A DNA stretch of 63,891 nucleotides, counting the filler, from Phoronis australis (taxonomy: Eukaryota; Animalia; Phoronida), in assembly GCA_002633005.1 (NCBI GenBank). It is 8 parts of 8 records of this genome, joined end to end, with 100 filler letters (N's around TTAATTAATTAA, not from the genome) between each part and the next. Parts side by side here need not be neighbours in the genome. Positions count along the whole stretch, not along the records: positions 1 to 4,135 come from NMRA01002691.1; positions 4,236 to 8,712 come from NMRA01002576.1; positions 8,813 to 16,148 come from NMRA01002033.1; 5 more parts are not named here. The stretch is one strand, 5' to 3'. The position numbers and the translations under genes were made by a program. Positions 1 through 13,658 of the stretch are shown here, in pieces (position 1 is the first letter of the stretch; each line of letters opens with the position of its first letter). Below the pieces are notes generated by a model. The model made no database searches and had not been told where the DNA came from. It saw nothing but the letters and a program-made list of their open reading frames with translations.

Positions 1-1663
1 TCATGATTTTGGCTCGAACCTTTTGTCTTTTGATACAGCGAGTTACCTATCTAAATTTCATATTAACACTCATGGATGCCTTGATCACATGTGGGAAGAT
101 GCTTGGTCGGTCCTACAGCTGATAGACTTCTATTCTGATGTGATAATCTGATTTGTAGGCCTCGGCTAGTTGTGATTAATGGGTTGAATTTTGACGCCGC
201 TGCCATTGGCTCACCCGATTGGAAACCGACCCGACTGTCCTCCAATATGACCATTTTTCTGCTGCAAACTCAGCGTCTGAAATTTTTAGTGTCCAAGTCT
301 GCTTGATTCATTTCAATTTGAAGTTGCGACTTCGGTTATAATCGGAAGCGTGAGTTTAATCAGTGGGGTTCAAGGTGTTGCCAGCAATTTCGCGTCTGGG
401 CCGCACTTCCCAACCAGTGAGCGTTCATTGGCAAATTTAGGACTCGGACCCTCCGGACACGAGCAAAAAGACGACTCCGCTGGCAAAATGCCATTTTTAA
501 AGCTGACGATTTAGGGAGTAATAGAGGCCAGTCCTCATTTTTTCTTCGACTAGCCCTCCCTTGCGAGATCTTGGTGGAGTAGTGGCCTATGATGGCAGTT
601 GTCTGTATTTTTATAAAATGCACATGTTCATGGCTCATGTTACTATGAAGTTTATTTTAAAGTGGCTGTTATTTGTTTTCAATCGACTGTTTAAATGTCT
701 GTGTGTCCCTTTTACTAAATGCATTTCTATGGAAGGTCCGTTGCTTCACTTGCGACACCTAGTGAGTTCTCCATTAAATATGTCTTCCGTAAGTTGTGAT
801 TTTCTGTTGTAGGCTTATTTATGCCTGCCAAATTTTGTGTTTTCCTCGAATGCTGGGTGCCGGTGTAGCGACATGCGACTGAATGCGGTTACGGTCCCAA
901 CGTAGGCCCACAAGCCTAAATGCGTACACACCAAACAGGGTGGTTCAAAAAGCGCTCAATTTTACAATTCATCCTAAATTTGCGTTTCATAAATTTCCAG
1001 TATTGCAAGTAGTGTAAACACGACATGCATCAAAGCTGGACCGAGCACTGAGCAGCAGCGGATAAAAACACGACGTCTACTTTTCCACGAAATCGGTGCT
1101 TATGTAAAAACAATGCAAAATTGCAAGATCGGGTTTTGGCAGAAACAAATGTGCCTGGTGAAGAAACGCGATTAAAGCGGAGATTGTCTCGCCATCTATC
1201 ACAACAACGAACTCTTAGTTTACACTTCTTGACCTTTGTATTTTAGTCTTGAATGTTTTCTTGGGCAAATTGTAGATGATTTCAAGGCTTCCCCCAGACG
1301 GAGCTGATAGTTTTTTTATTCAGTGCATGAGACTTGGTCGATGTTGGCTTGTCTTGACGTGTTATTTTAGTCACCGAGCATGATCTCCAGCTATAACGAA
1401 CTGCCAGTTCTCTGAAAGACCAAAAATCATTTTTGGGGCAAGATATGACCAATTTTGTAGCGATGGCTTTGTCTAAATCAAATATTTACTTTTTGAACGG
1501 AACGCGGGTTCACTGAGTTACAGCCGCGTTACAAGCGTGCGATCTCGTGTTCTGTTAATTTGACTAATCCATTTACGTGAGGAGAGCTTTATCACAGAAA
1601 AAACATCAAATTCGCAATCCAGAGTTGTTCTCAACCCCCTAAATGATATCCAGGTACTACCTA

Positions 1664-1725
1664 GCATGCGCGCGCCCAGCCTTCAATATGGGAGGCTCGA
1701 ATTCCGGACTTTGTGGACCTCTTGG
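1664..1725 (+). repeat. Short interspersed repeat (copies at ~15200 plus strand and ~52810-52866 minus strand)
   Basis: Shared gcgc..cccagcct..aat.tag...gtggacct motif. Confidence 0.5.
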
Positions 1726-2313
1726 TAACAAAAAAGAGGGCAGACTAAAAAAAATAAAGAATTAAAAAGGGGAGCACCACTGTGAATTACGCGTTTGCGC
1801 ATGTTTAATGGACTTATGCCTCATTTTCTCGGACNNNNNNNNNNNNNNNNNNNNNNNNNNNNNNNNNNNNNNNNNNNNNNNNNNNNNNNNNNNNNNNNNN
1901 NNNNNNNNNNNNNNNNNNNNNNNNNNNNNNNNNNNNNNNNNNNNNNNNNNNNNNNNNNNNNNNNNNNNNNNNNNNNNNNNNNNNNNNNNNNNNNNNNNNN
2001 NNNNNNNNNNNNNNNNNNNNNNNNNNNNNNNNNNNNNNNNNNNNNNNNNNNNNNNNNNNNNNNNNNNNNNNNNNNNNNNNNNNNNNNNNNNNNNNNNNNN
2101 NNNNNNNNNNNNNNNNNNNNNNNNNNNNNNNNNNNNNNNNNNNNNNNNNNNNNNNNNNNNNNNNNNNNNNNNNNNNNNNNNNNNNNNNNNNNNNNNNNNN
2201 NNNNNNNNNNNNNNNNNNNNNNNNNNNNNNNNNNNNNNNNNNNNNNNNNNNNNNNNNNNNNNNNNNNNNNNNNNNNNNNNNNNNNNNNNNNNNNNNNNNN
2301 NNNNNNNNNNNNN

Positions 2314-2445
2314 CCCCCCCCCCCAAAAAAAAACACTAAAACTGCACACATTTGAATCTTGTTTCAGCTGTATAATGTTAATTACCGGGGTTAATTAATA
2401 AACTCAAGATTTCCCTACGCTCTTCCTCTTTTATATTTTTGCGGT
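2314..2445 (+). repeat. Interspersed repeat, second copy at 16249-16378
   Basis: About 130 bp of clear colinear similarity (aactgcacacattt...taattaccggggttaattaataaactca...tttccctacgctctt). Confidence 0.75.
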
Positions 2446-3639
2446 AGCCAAGGGGGGGCCTAAATCCGCCTATGCGAAATGCCACCATCTTCCTAGTGCG
2501 AGTTGACTACCAACCGCGTACTCCTCGAGCCGCCTAAAGGAGTTCTGCTTGAAATAGACCATTGTATTGTACGTGCTACGCTTTCTGTCTCCCGAAATTT
2601 GGCCATCAAATGATTTCCATCCGTTTCTGCTCACCAGGCCGGCTGTCTACACCACTTGAATCATTCGGGAAAATATTGAACGCTATCACCCTGTTCGAAG
2701 TTGTTGAAAAGAATTGAAGGATGCCGGTCATGCAAAAGTGTCTAATTGATGCAGTTGTTATATTCGACCAATAGCTATGCATCAGAGTACAGAAAAGTTA
2801 CAAATATATTGTAAAAAGGGCACTAACAGGTGGTTGTGGAAAAATCGGCAGACTGCATTAGAAACGCTTTTAAAAATCATCGAAACCTCGGTGTTTAAAA
2901 AGGTTACCACTGTAATGGGTAAAAGGTATCAAATATGGGTTGAATGAAATGACACTCATTTGAATTTTATTTATAATTGAACAACTCGGTGACTGAGATG
3001 GTGGCCCTTACTTATTTGTTAACGACAAAAGCTTATAATTTGCGTGGTGAAAAGAATGTTTCACAGATGTCAAGCAACATTCATTCTCTCTACAGTTAAG
3101 AGTCGTGCGACAGAAAGCTGCGAGTTTAGCTGAATGCCTCAATGAATGCCGAGCTGACAGCTCGCGTCAAAGGCTTCAACATCCTATGGGCCGTTTGCTC
3201 ATTCATTAGTGTTGACGAGGAGTGTTGATGAGAAAACTGCAGCGCGTAAGAAAAGGGCGTCGTTAATGAGAACGACCGTGCGGGCCGTGACGAAGGACGA
3301 TTGGCAGCCATGCATGCATGTCATGCATCAAAGTCGGATTTGACGTACCTACCGCCTGTAAGAGTCAAGATAATATTGATGAATTGTCACTGTCAAGAGT
3401 GAACCAAAAGTTAACCATGATTGTATTATTAATACAACGATAACTCCATTCTGCCAGTATTTTCATATGTGTACATGGAAAATATGTTTTAAAACCATCT
3501 GAGGAAATTTTCAGTGTTTTGAAGATCTTGGTACTAGAGCCGTACAAAAAAAAATTGAAATATAACTTGGTCAAGCAATTCATTTTGTAAATCTACCGGG
3601 TAATTCCAAAGCCATTATTTTCTTATAAAACAACAAAAA

Positions 3640-4010
3640 TGACACCCTGGTTTAATAGTTTTGCCAAAAGCATGACCCAACAAATGTTTATGAGCATGGC
3701 CTACTTACTTGATCAAACGCTTTTAATGAAATCTGCAAATGAAGAATTCTTTTGTGTTTCTGAAGGTAAAAATCAAGAACACAATGTAAAAACAAAACTG
3801 TTATCTACAGTAGAGTGCTTTGACCTAAATCCACCCTGTTCATCGCCAATAGCACCAAGCTCGGGTGAAAGCGTAAACTGGGTCTCAATGCAACATAAAG
3901 TGAAAAGCTTACAACTGGGACTAGGCCGCTGGCTATAATTATCTGGAGTATTAAAAGAACCATTCCATTGATACAAAGAGGTAACAATGGCAGCGAAGAA
4001 GTCTAAATAA
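3640..4010 (-). mobile_element. Non-LTR retrotransposon (LINE) reverse transcriptase fragment
   Basis: IVTSLYQWNGSFNTPDNY...CKLFT...IGDEQGGFRSKHSTVDNSFV...FADF resembles RT domains 1-3 (P..NYR / EQ.GFR...ST.D / F.DF), frameshifted. Confidence 0.8.
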
Positions 4011-4135
4011 AGCTGAATGCCTTCACTCAGTCATCATTGTGGTCGCACTTCTACACCCAGTACTATCAGGGGCTGATCCAGAATTTTGAGTTAGGGGGAT
4101 GGGGAGGGGTAGGACAGAGGATTTTGCCCATCCGA

Positions 4136-4235
4136 NNNNNNNNNNNNNNNNNNNNNNNNNNNNNNNNNNNNNNNNNNNNTTAATTAATTAANNNNNNNNN
4201 NNNNNNNNNNNNNNNNNNNNNNNNNNNNNNNNNNN
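4136..4235. other. Artificial assembly spacer N44-TTAATTAATTAA-N44 (12-mer also at 8757, 16193, 39043, 44022, 47128, 61816)
   Basis: Identical 100-bp construct seven times; the 12-mer places stop codons in all six frames. Confidence 0.97.
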
Positions 4236-5552
4236 AACCGCCGCGAGAGAGAACACACCGTGTGTCCAATGTAACGCTGCTCACGAGAATGAGGACGAAG
4301 ACATTCGTCCATATGACATGTGAATTGGTAAACAACAATACATTTGGCCACTGGTCGTAGACTTTCACAACTCATGGGGTTGTTTTCTAAAACTAGATGA
4401 CGTAATAATATGCTAATATGCCAGTACAACTGTTGTGATAATGTCACATTGAAAACACTGTGGACACTACTTAGGTGTATGTAATAATGTGTTGTTATAA
4501 ATATCGTATAAACAAGAGTCAGCCCTCAGTGAAAAGCCCTCTGTCCCGGCCGGGTTTCGAACCCGCGGGACATTCGGTTAACCGCGCAGACGCTGCTTCG
4601 ATGATTATCATAAACATTTTGGAAAAATTAAATTAATGATAATTATCAGCGTCCCTCAAATTGATAGAATTAAATAGTAAAGCTATAAAGTGAGTACTTG
4701 TATCCCGACTGGAAACACACTGCTTCACGACGGGGGTAACTGCCTTGTTGTGCAGGGGTTAAGATATAGGTCGGATATAGACTGGGGGCTCTGCAACGGC
4801 CAAACGGTTTCCGCGGTAGCCGCGACTAAACACGTCCGCTGGTCTTTGCTAGTTTTAAATGAAACAAATGTATCTCAAGTGTTGGTCAACATTTTACTTG
4901 GTCGAGTGACNCCGTACACATGATAGGCAAAAGTCAATATTTGAAGACTTGTACACATACGTTATTCAACACTTCTTTAACTTCTTTAAACACAGAAGCT
5001 CTACTGTAAACAGTGCATTAATGGAGTCTTGTGTTTAACTGAAATCTTAATTGTGGATAAGAATAAAAGAGAAGACTTTCGCAGCCTTAAAATAGAATTT
5101 ATCTAAGTTATTGAACGTCTTGAGAACAAAAGTAAGCGTCTCATAATGCGAACGCGTTGCGTATGAGCAAGGCAAATGTAAATATTTTATAACTGTGTTG
5201 CACTAAATTTATGTAATTATTGAACTTTGTCCAATTCATAGTTATGTGTCGAGCATCACTTCTGCGGTCACGCACTAAATTCCCTGGCCGTTGATTAAAA
5301 ATACGAATTAATGAGGAACACAGACTGACAACTACGGTTTTCACGGGAGTCGGAAAAGCAAGTCTTGAAAGTTTTCACGTTTTTTTTCCTGCAATCTTGC
5401 CACAATTGTCTGTGTTGAACCGTAAAGCGAAACTCACTTGCTGCAATACTGCTGAAATTACGTTGCAGACGATTGCTGGAAAATCGCACAACGTATGAAC
5501 CCAGGCAGCCATAGCAATATTGCAAAACACTCCATCGTGTTGTTTTAATCAT

Positions 5553-5761
5553 GAGGCCCGTTCTAAGAAACTGACTGAAGTTCATTTTTTTACTTAAGTC
5601 AAAGATTTGTCTCAACTTCCAAACTTTGAAACTTTGACATCCGCCGGTAAGATATTCAAAACTTAAGTCAAGCTTAACTTCCTTGAAACAGGCTTTTTAT
5701 CTTAAATTGGCTCAAATTTAAGATTTGTCTTAACTATGTCAGTTTTCTTGGAACGTGTCCC
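5553..5761. mobile_element. Harbinger-type MITE (family B), diverged copy
   Basis: Colinear similarity to 50086-50333, including both termini. A third partial copy lies at ~44600-44730. Confidence 0.7.
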
Positions 5762-7224
5762 TAATCTGCTTATGATTCAGTAAGAGTTGGTTTCGCAAGC
5801 CGGTAACTTACCGGGGATATTAAATATGACTGACATGTATTTATTTTTATTGCGGCAATGAGTTGTCGTTTACTATCGAGACAGGTTTGAACAAATTACA
5901 CTTGAAAATGTAAAAAATTGAAATTAAGAACCTCACTGGAGTAATGCTTACAATTAGAAATGGATTTTAAAAATGTATCAATGTACCCGCGTCTAGTTTT
6001 AAGTGTTGGCTGGGTGCCGGCTTCATTCACGAAAATCTGCTGCTTTGTATCTAGTAATATTGATCACACGGTAAATCTTTCTGCGAACATTGAACTACTT
6101 TACGCGATAGAATTTGATAATCAGATAACAGGGTCAATGCGATTATCGAGCAGATTCACAGCGCTAATGGAAGACGCGCCGACGGTGACTCCGAGCTCAG
6201 GCTATCGCGATTCTTGACTGTGGTCATTCATTAGTCGACAAATATCTGCTTGTTATCGCTTTGAAGCAGACGTCTGCTTGATTCCGAGTTCACGAGTGGT
6301 ACAAAAATGTTGCATTAATGCTGCTATAAACAAACTTTCTGAAGTTTTGATTTAAGACCTTTCACCGCTATAAAACAGGCACACTCTGAGTAGCCTATCA
6401 CTGTTCGACTGACCATGACAGCCAGGTCAAGCCAACTTGTTGCGCCTGTTTTGAAATAGCTGTCACTTTTTGCAAACCCAAGAAATCAATTCTACTTTGA
6501 ATAACAAAAAGCTGAAATTAGCTTCATAACTAAAAGCGGTCTAAATCAAATGATCTTTTTCTTTTCCACGGAAGGTGGTTTTTAACAGGTTTTTGCTTGA
6601 ACTTCAAATTTTATTTAATTTTTGTAGTAATTACGGTTATTCGTTCAAGCAAAAGTAATCTTATAAATTTCTGTTTGTCATGCCCAGTTAGTAGATCGAT
6701 GCTTTTTTGACGTCACAAGAGCAGGTTTTTGTATCCCGCTCTCCATACAGCGTAGACTTATATGGAAGCAATATTAAATGACCATTTTTTGCAACATTTT
6801 TGTCATATTAAATCAGTTTGATTAATACAACTGAGTCTCTAGTATCCTTCGAATCGAGATATGCACTTTTTTATTCTCTCATTGCTTTTGAACATTAGCT
6901 TTGTGCACTCTTGGACAGCACACCACCGTGTGGCGCTGCGTGTAAAACGTAAAAATGCAGCCGGGCTGTAGTTGAGTGCCGATAAGCAATGGGACACTTT
7001 TAGGATGCAATGAGAGCTGATCTGGTGGGACCTGTGACACTAATGCCACAACACTGCACCGGGGGGTACTTCGTCAAAGCAGGTGGCATATCAGTGGGAA
7101 CATGTTTGGCTTCGTGTCTACGGCGCCATTATACAGTGTATGTGATCAGACATGATGCCGGCGCTAATAAAACAAAAGTGAATTTGCCTCCTCGTCCTCT
7201 CTAAGTCCACTAGTATCCACTTTC

Positions 7225-7324
7225 TCGTGAACAGTCGTCACGTGAACAGTAGCGACTGTTCACGTGGCGACTGTTCACGTGGCGACTGTTCACTAGTATT
7301 CACTTCCACGTGAACAGTCGCCAT
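7225..7324. repeat. 15-bp direct and inverted repeat cluster
   Basis: gcgactgttcacgtg x3 flanked by inverted cgtgaacagtcg copies. Confidence 0.8.
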
Positions 7325-8812
7325 GTTTCTCATTCTACACTTTCTCCAGATGTTTTACGTATTTATTGCCTTGGGGAGTTTCAAACTTAGTCCCAACTGG
7401 AAAGTCCACTAGCTGTTATTGCCTGCTGATGGCCATATTAAAAAGTGCGTCCTCTCCTCACGCATCATCACATTTCAAAACAAATAACACGACAACGTGT
7501 TCGGAGCGTGCTGTTTCTGGAAGTGACACGAATATTTTCCTTTTCAATTTGTGAAAAGTATGAATTGCTATGTATTATATTATATTATATCATATTATTT
7601 TAAAGAAAAATAATCGTATTTACCCACGACAGAAAAACACATTTTGGGATTGAAGTTACTGTCTTGAACAGGGCTATGCAACACTAAAATGAATACCGTT
7701 AAGGTTCTGCAGGATCGTATTGACAAACCTGTACATTTAGTCAAATATCTATAAAACTACAGAACTAACTCCGCAAAAGTATATTTTCTGAAAGAAGAAA
7801 CTCTGTAGAATGTAATTGTTGTCTACCATTGATAAGCTCACTAGACCGTGTTTGAGACGAAATTCACAAAAAAATAAAGCAACCTTCATAGTAAAGTAAA
7901 AGGATCTATTACATGACCACATATCATTTGATATTAATGTTCAAGATAAAATCTCGAAAACGCGATTACAGTTTTCTAATTATTTGAATTGTGCAACTTT
8001 AAAAATTGTTCCAATAAAAGCATACAAGTATTGTTTTTGATGGTCCCCATAAAAAGTAAGACATTTTGAGAGTGCTACAGAGAGCAGTGTATAAATCACA
8101 ATATCTGAAAATTTCATTGAAATCCGTTCAGCCTCTTCTGAGATATGATGTTTCGAATTTCACCAATACTGAACTTATATATAACCATACAACACTGCCA
8201 AGCTGAGTCTGAATTAGCTCAGGCAGCAGAGCGTTTGGCTGCCACGCGCGATTATCGGGTTTGATTTCGCGTTGGGGCTGATTTCTCGCCGAATATGTGA
8301 CTTTAAACTTTGAAATAAACCAGTCCCCTGAAATAGTCAATCGCTAAGCGTAATAAGTCTGGAGTAAATTTGAAAACTCCTCACGAAATATGCTAAACCT
8401 GTTTGGTTGAGGAGAGAGCCTGCTTATATCGAGTCACATGATCTAGTCTGTGATGCAGTGAGGAAGTAAATTATCTCTCAAAGTCTCAAAGCAAGTAGTA
8501 ATTACAAAATATCGGATGCAATATCAGATTAGATAGAAATCTCAGAAACATGTTATTAATTTAGTTTATTATTAATTTCCTTAGCTCCAACAAGTTATAG
8601 TTACTGCGTGTACTGACGATAACGCCAGTGTATCAGTAGGGATTACTTTCACATGTCACTGTTGCTGGTCATCTTGTGAGGACGACTAAAATGCTTATGT
8701 AATGCATAATGCNNNNNNNNNNNNNNNNNNNNNNNNNNNNNNNNNNNNNNNNNNNNTTAATTAATTAANNNNNNNNNNNNNNNNNNNNNNNNNNNNNNNN
8801 NNNNNNNNNNNN

Positions 8813-8888
8813 GAAAATATGTCTAGGATAACCAACCAACCTTATTTTAGCTCAAAATGACATGAAAAAAGGTTGCCTTCGCCTTTAA
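8813..8888. mobile_element. Terminus of a second copy of the 13659-14960 element
   Basis: ..tgacatgaaaaaaggttgccttcgcctTTAA is near-identical to the end at 14890-14964. The rest lies in the gap. Confidence 0.75.
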
Positions 8889-11223
8889 AAATGGATGTCC
8901 ACCTTATTGGTAGTCAGCAAAACAATGTGCTTACAACAGTGTATAAGTAAAACAACACGCCGTGAGTAACTCTTGTCTATTAGATCACTGGGTCAGACAA
9001 ATAATAAATAACATTTTAAAACGCAATGAAAGTCACTAGTATCTACACAGATGTCCACATAAGCTTTACATTAGGTGCACCTTAATATTTATTGATACAA
9101 ATGTTGTCAGAAAACTGTTAAAACTATGAAAAGGTGTTCTCAAAGATCACCATGGTTGAAAATCATAAATGACATTAAGAACATTTTGAATGTTTTTAAA
9201 ATGGCGACTTAGCTGAACAGCATTACATGAATACCCCTGATAACAGAGTCCTATTAACTCTGGAGTCAGCCTCGTCGACACCTATTGGCAAAATATTCTT
9301 AGATTATACAGAACATCAAAGCAATGAAACACTTAAATGTGATATAGAATTAGCACAGTTGAAAAATGAAAACAACGTACCATATGAAATTCGTTGTTGC
9401 TACTATTTAAAAGGACAACTTAAAAGTGGTAACCCTTGACGAATCAGAGGATGCACTACACATGTCATAGCAGAAAAATCTTGGAGTTCACTCACCAAAC
9501 GTAATATTAAAAATTGGAAAGTATATTACAATAAAAATAAGAATGACACTGCCGAGACCAGATGAAATGACACGAAGCAGAAGCTCATAAATTCTCTAAG
9601 CTTACTGGATTTTAAAGATGAAGGCAGGTTTAAATCAGTTGTACCACATGAAATGTAGAACCAGGTAAATTTAAAGCCTATCTTGAAAGGTAACACTTGT
9701 AAATTTGGATACTACAGCATATTAAAAGCATCGCTCTGAGCCCACTAGTTTCATAAATTGTCAAATGTAATGAACTGTTACACGTATTTGTTTGCTTTTG
9801 TCTACGTTACCGCGAGAATCCCTTTTTAATTCAAGCAGCTGCAAATAACACCGCAGGCTCGCAATGGTGTTCTATTCACAGACAGGCCTTCATTTACGTG
9901 ATTAAACTCAAGTTTTCTTATCTGCTACCTGGTTAGCCCAATACATCTAAAATTATAACAAAATTCTGTTGATGTTGGGCTTGAAGACGCAAACCCACCA
10001 ATTATCACTCTGAATTTGGGCTCAAAACTGTGTTAGGAAAAAAGCATTATAGAAAATGGTGAATGGACAAGAGTTAATTTATTAAGATTTCAAACAACAA
10101 AGCTAAGATAGAACATTTCTAATACGAAAAAATCAAACTCGTCAACTTTTCCTGTACTTCTCATCAAACAGAAGTGTATATTGATGAATGCCACTCATGG
10201 TGAAGCTTTTGACTAAAATATGCTAGAGAGAGAAGATTAGAAGTTTTGTTATTTTGAAGGTAAATTCACATACTACTTGTATTAATGCGATATCGTCAAT
10301 TTAACAACGTCCCTGAGATAAACACAAGCTTGCCCAACAGAAAATGACTTTCAAACTCACCGGTTAAAATGTGTTAAAATGTGTTAAAATGTGTAATTAC
10401 ATATACAGTTATAAATACCCTTTAATACAGATGATTCCTACTTACAGTAAACACAACTGACAGCTGAATCAGCTAAACGACCTACTCCATCCAAGACTAC
10501 TAAACACCAAACAAGTGGTCCCAAGCTGTTCTGCACTAAGATGGGAAGTGAGTTTCGGGTTTGCAAAGAGCTGGCAATTTTCTTCGAGACTATGCTCGGC
10601 CATTAAAACGACACGGCACAGCAAGCAAACCTGCAGTTTGGTCAGCTCTATTGATGAGATCAATTTCATAATGCTAAGTGATCGAAATCAAGTTATTTGT
10701 GATTGAAGGTGTTTTTATAGACATTGATGGCCATGTGTAAGTGAAGTGCCTCTGTCAAACAGGTCGTCCTGAATAGAGTGGGCCCCTCGCACCATATTGT
10801 AGATACAACGTTCCACAGAAAATAGCATGGGGCACATTGATGAACATCATCTCAACAACTGAAAGGTGCAGCCTACAGGAATTAACAGTTCAGTATCAAT
10901 TTGGAGTCGAGTTCGCCACTAGCGAACTCATTCCAAATTTCAAGAAACAAAAACTTGGTTGGTTCTGGCAAGAGGAAGCTCCATTCAGAGCCCTGTAAAC
11001 TATGGAATAAACAAAAAACTAGGTGTGCACACTCTTTATACGAACTTGTTGAAAGTGAACCAATTCACTCATAAGTCACACACCATGCCATTTGCAATCA
11101 GTTCAAACTGCCGTAAAACTCTTTATGCAGTTTATTATAGTGAACAGGGCTTCTAACAATCACTCTTAACTAGACAGAGTTCATCAACCTCTTCTGTGGC
11201 TACAAGCTGCAACAACCTTAATA

Positions 11224-12432
11224 AACAAGAGTAACGCGGAGCGTTGAAATGCACCCACGACGGCACCGCAAACAGTGAGCTTCTAGGGAGTGTATTTAGT
11301 ACCTAAAAATGGCCATTAGATGGCATAGAATACATCGAAACCATTAAAAAAATGGGAAGCTGTCATCGTTTCTCAAAGCTATTTGCCAAATTTCATGAAA
11401 GTCCATCTAAAATCTGCAAACTGTCACTGGCAACCACAGCCACAGGTGCAAAATTTGCACTAGGAAGCACCACAGTAGTCGGTGCCATTCAAAACTTATA
11501 GTCAGCTGTCCTCTTCCAAGTAAGAACACAATACATAACAAATTTCACAATTATCCCAAAAGAGTGGTTTCACTAAAAACAGACTCAAATATGATAAAAA
11601 CAACCACTAGGAGGTTTCACTATGTCAAACCCACATTAAAACGGAAATATGTCATTGCTAAACTGCAAAGATACCAAAAAAAACAGGAAAAGTTAGCACT
11701 AGGTGGAGCTACTGTACTTGGAGCTGACTGAAGATCATCGTAAGCAATCCTTTTCTCAGTAGGAATATATATGTCTTTTTATAATGATCCTTACAGTGGT
11801 TTGGCGAATAAACGGGGCACATGGCTCAATACAAGATCGAAGGAAGTAAAAAAATGGCCACTAGGTGGTGCAAAATATGTCAAATCCTTCCCAAAACAGA
11901 AACATGAAAATCCATACAGGAATTCCAAATAGGGGAAAATGGAAAAAAAATTAAATTGCCACCAGAGGGCACAGCATTCACAGGATCCATCAGAAGGGTC
12001 ATCGTGGTCCGCTGTCAACTTAATATAAACACTCTTGCTAAATTTAATAAAGATCCTACAGTGGGTTTAGGAGATACAGCTATGGGCGCAAAAAAAATAA
12101 AACTGTCACAAGGAGACGCCACGGTAGTTGAACTCGTAATAAAATCATCGTCAACCGTCCTTTTCACACTCAGATCATATATGCCAATTTTCACTATCAT
12201 CCTTAGAGTGGTTTGGTTAATAGAAGGGCAGATGCCAAAAAACAGATTCCAGAACAGTAAAAATGAACAAAAGGTGGTGCAAACTACCTCAAATCCATCC
12301 AAAAACATGAGAATAGTGTCACCTCACTAATACATGCCTATGGTCCAAATTTCCTGAAAATTCATTGGCGACCTTTGAAGATACATAAGTAAACATAAAA
12401 AAACTAAAATTGCCAGTAAAGAGCACACCAGT
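11224..12432. repeat. Interspersed repeat with hairpin terminus and diverged internal repeats
   Basis: Its start (acaagagtaacgcggagcgttgaaat...agatggcata) recurs at ~45808-45910; recurring CCACTAG/AGGTGG motifs; runs into the gap. Confidence 0.5.
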
Positions 12433-13658
12433 NNNNNNNNNNNNNNNNNNNNNNNNNNNNNNNNNNNNNNNNNNNNNNNNNNNNNNNNNNNNNNNNNNNN
12501 NNNNNNNNNNNNNNNNNNNNNNNNNNNNNNNNNNNNNNNNNNNNNNNNNNNNNNNNNNNNNNNNNNNNNNNNNNNNNNNNNNNNNNNNNNNNNNNNNNNN
12601 NNNNNNNNNNNNNNNNNNNNNNNNNNNNNNNNNNNNNNNNNNNNNNNNNNNNNNNNNNTTCTCTAAATTCTTTTTATTTTCTAGCTCACTGAAGAATGGA
12701 GGTTGCATTTTACTTATTTACCAAGTCCAACAAATGTGTGTATCATCTTATGGATGGTTAAACTATTTATGAACACAAGGAAGTACCGTAGCACAGATTC
12801 AAACATGTGAACTCCCCTATAAGCTGAGCCAACTCTATTAAACAAGCTTTCCATGTATACACTCAGTGGCTAAGTCTCTACTCACCATTTCAACAAAAAT
12901 ACAGGCAATGCTCCAAACATCAACAGGTGTGGAGTAGTAGCGACATCCGAGAAGGATCTCGGGTGCACGGTACCACAATGTGACCACCTGGAAAAAAAGC
13001 AAGTGCAAATATGTATCATGTATTGGAACGATGCTGGGAAGTCAATATATGCAAGAAATTAAATTTGACAAACAGTCATCCAATGTGAAAGCATACGTCA
13101 CTAACAAAACACTCTACCTCAGTGGGCCCAGTTCACTATTTGAACACCTAAGCAAAGTAAGCAAGTAAGCATGGTTGTTTTTAACATGCTCTAGGAGTTC
13201 GTTGACCTGTTCAAAAGAAAAATGTTGGTTTAAAAAGATGTAACTCAAAAAAATAGTGCAGCAACATACACCAATTCTGACTTGGGATCATCAAAGTGCT
13301 GTCATGGACACTGTAAGAAATTGGGGAACCCATTTTGGACACCCTATTTGTGTAATTCTGGATGAACCGCTGTATATTGGGTGTCGATAATCAACACCTT
13401 CTCGTAAAGATAAACATACCAGATGCAAGCACACAACATGGGACAACATCCTTGTATGCATCGCATGTGGGGCCTAAATTGGAAACTTTTCATATCGGTG
13501 CTCTTTTAGAGAGCACCAAAGTGATTTTGACTTGGATTGGTGGACTGATGTTGGATAACTATACAGTCGCTCAGTACAGTCAGCCCATCCAGTTGCTTAA
13601 GTCCACTGCCAGCCCATCTCATTGCTTAAGTCCACCGCCAGCCTACCCCATTGCTTAA

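Noticed and set aside
1762-2398. Long ORFs in the ORF track (also 12319-12772)
   Set aside because: They consist of X residues from N gaps.
4180-4191. Palindromic TTAATTAATTAA recurring seven times
   Set aside because: Always centred in 44+44 Ns; an assembly spacer, not biology.
10460-11160. Higher-complexity stretch with several 60-aa ORFs
   Set aside because: No recognisable domain or consistent exon structure in any frame.
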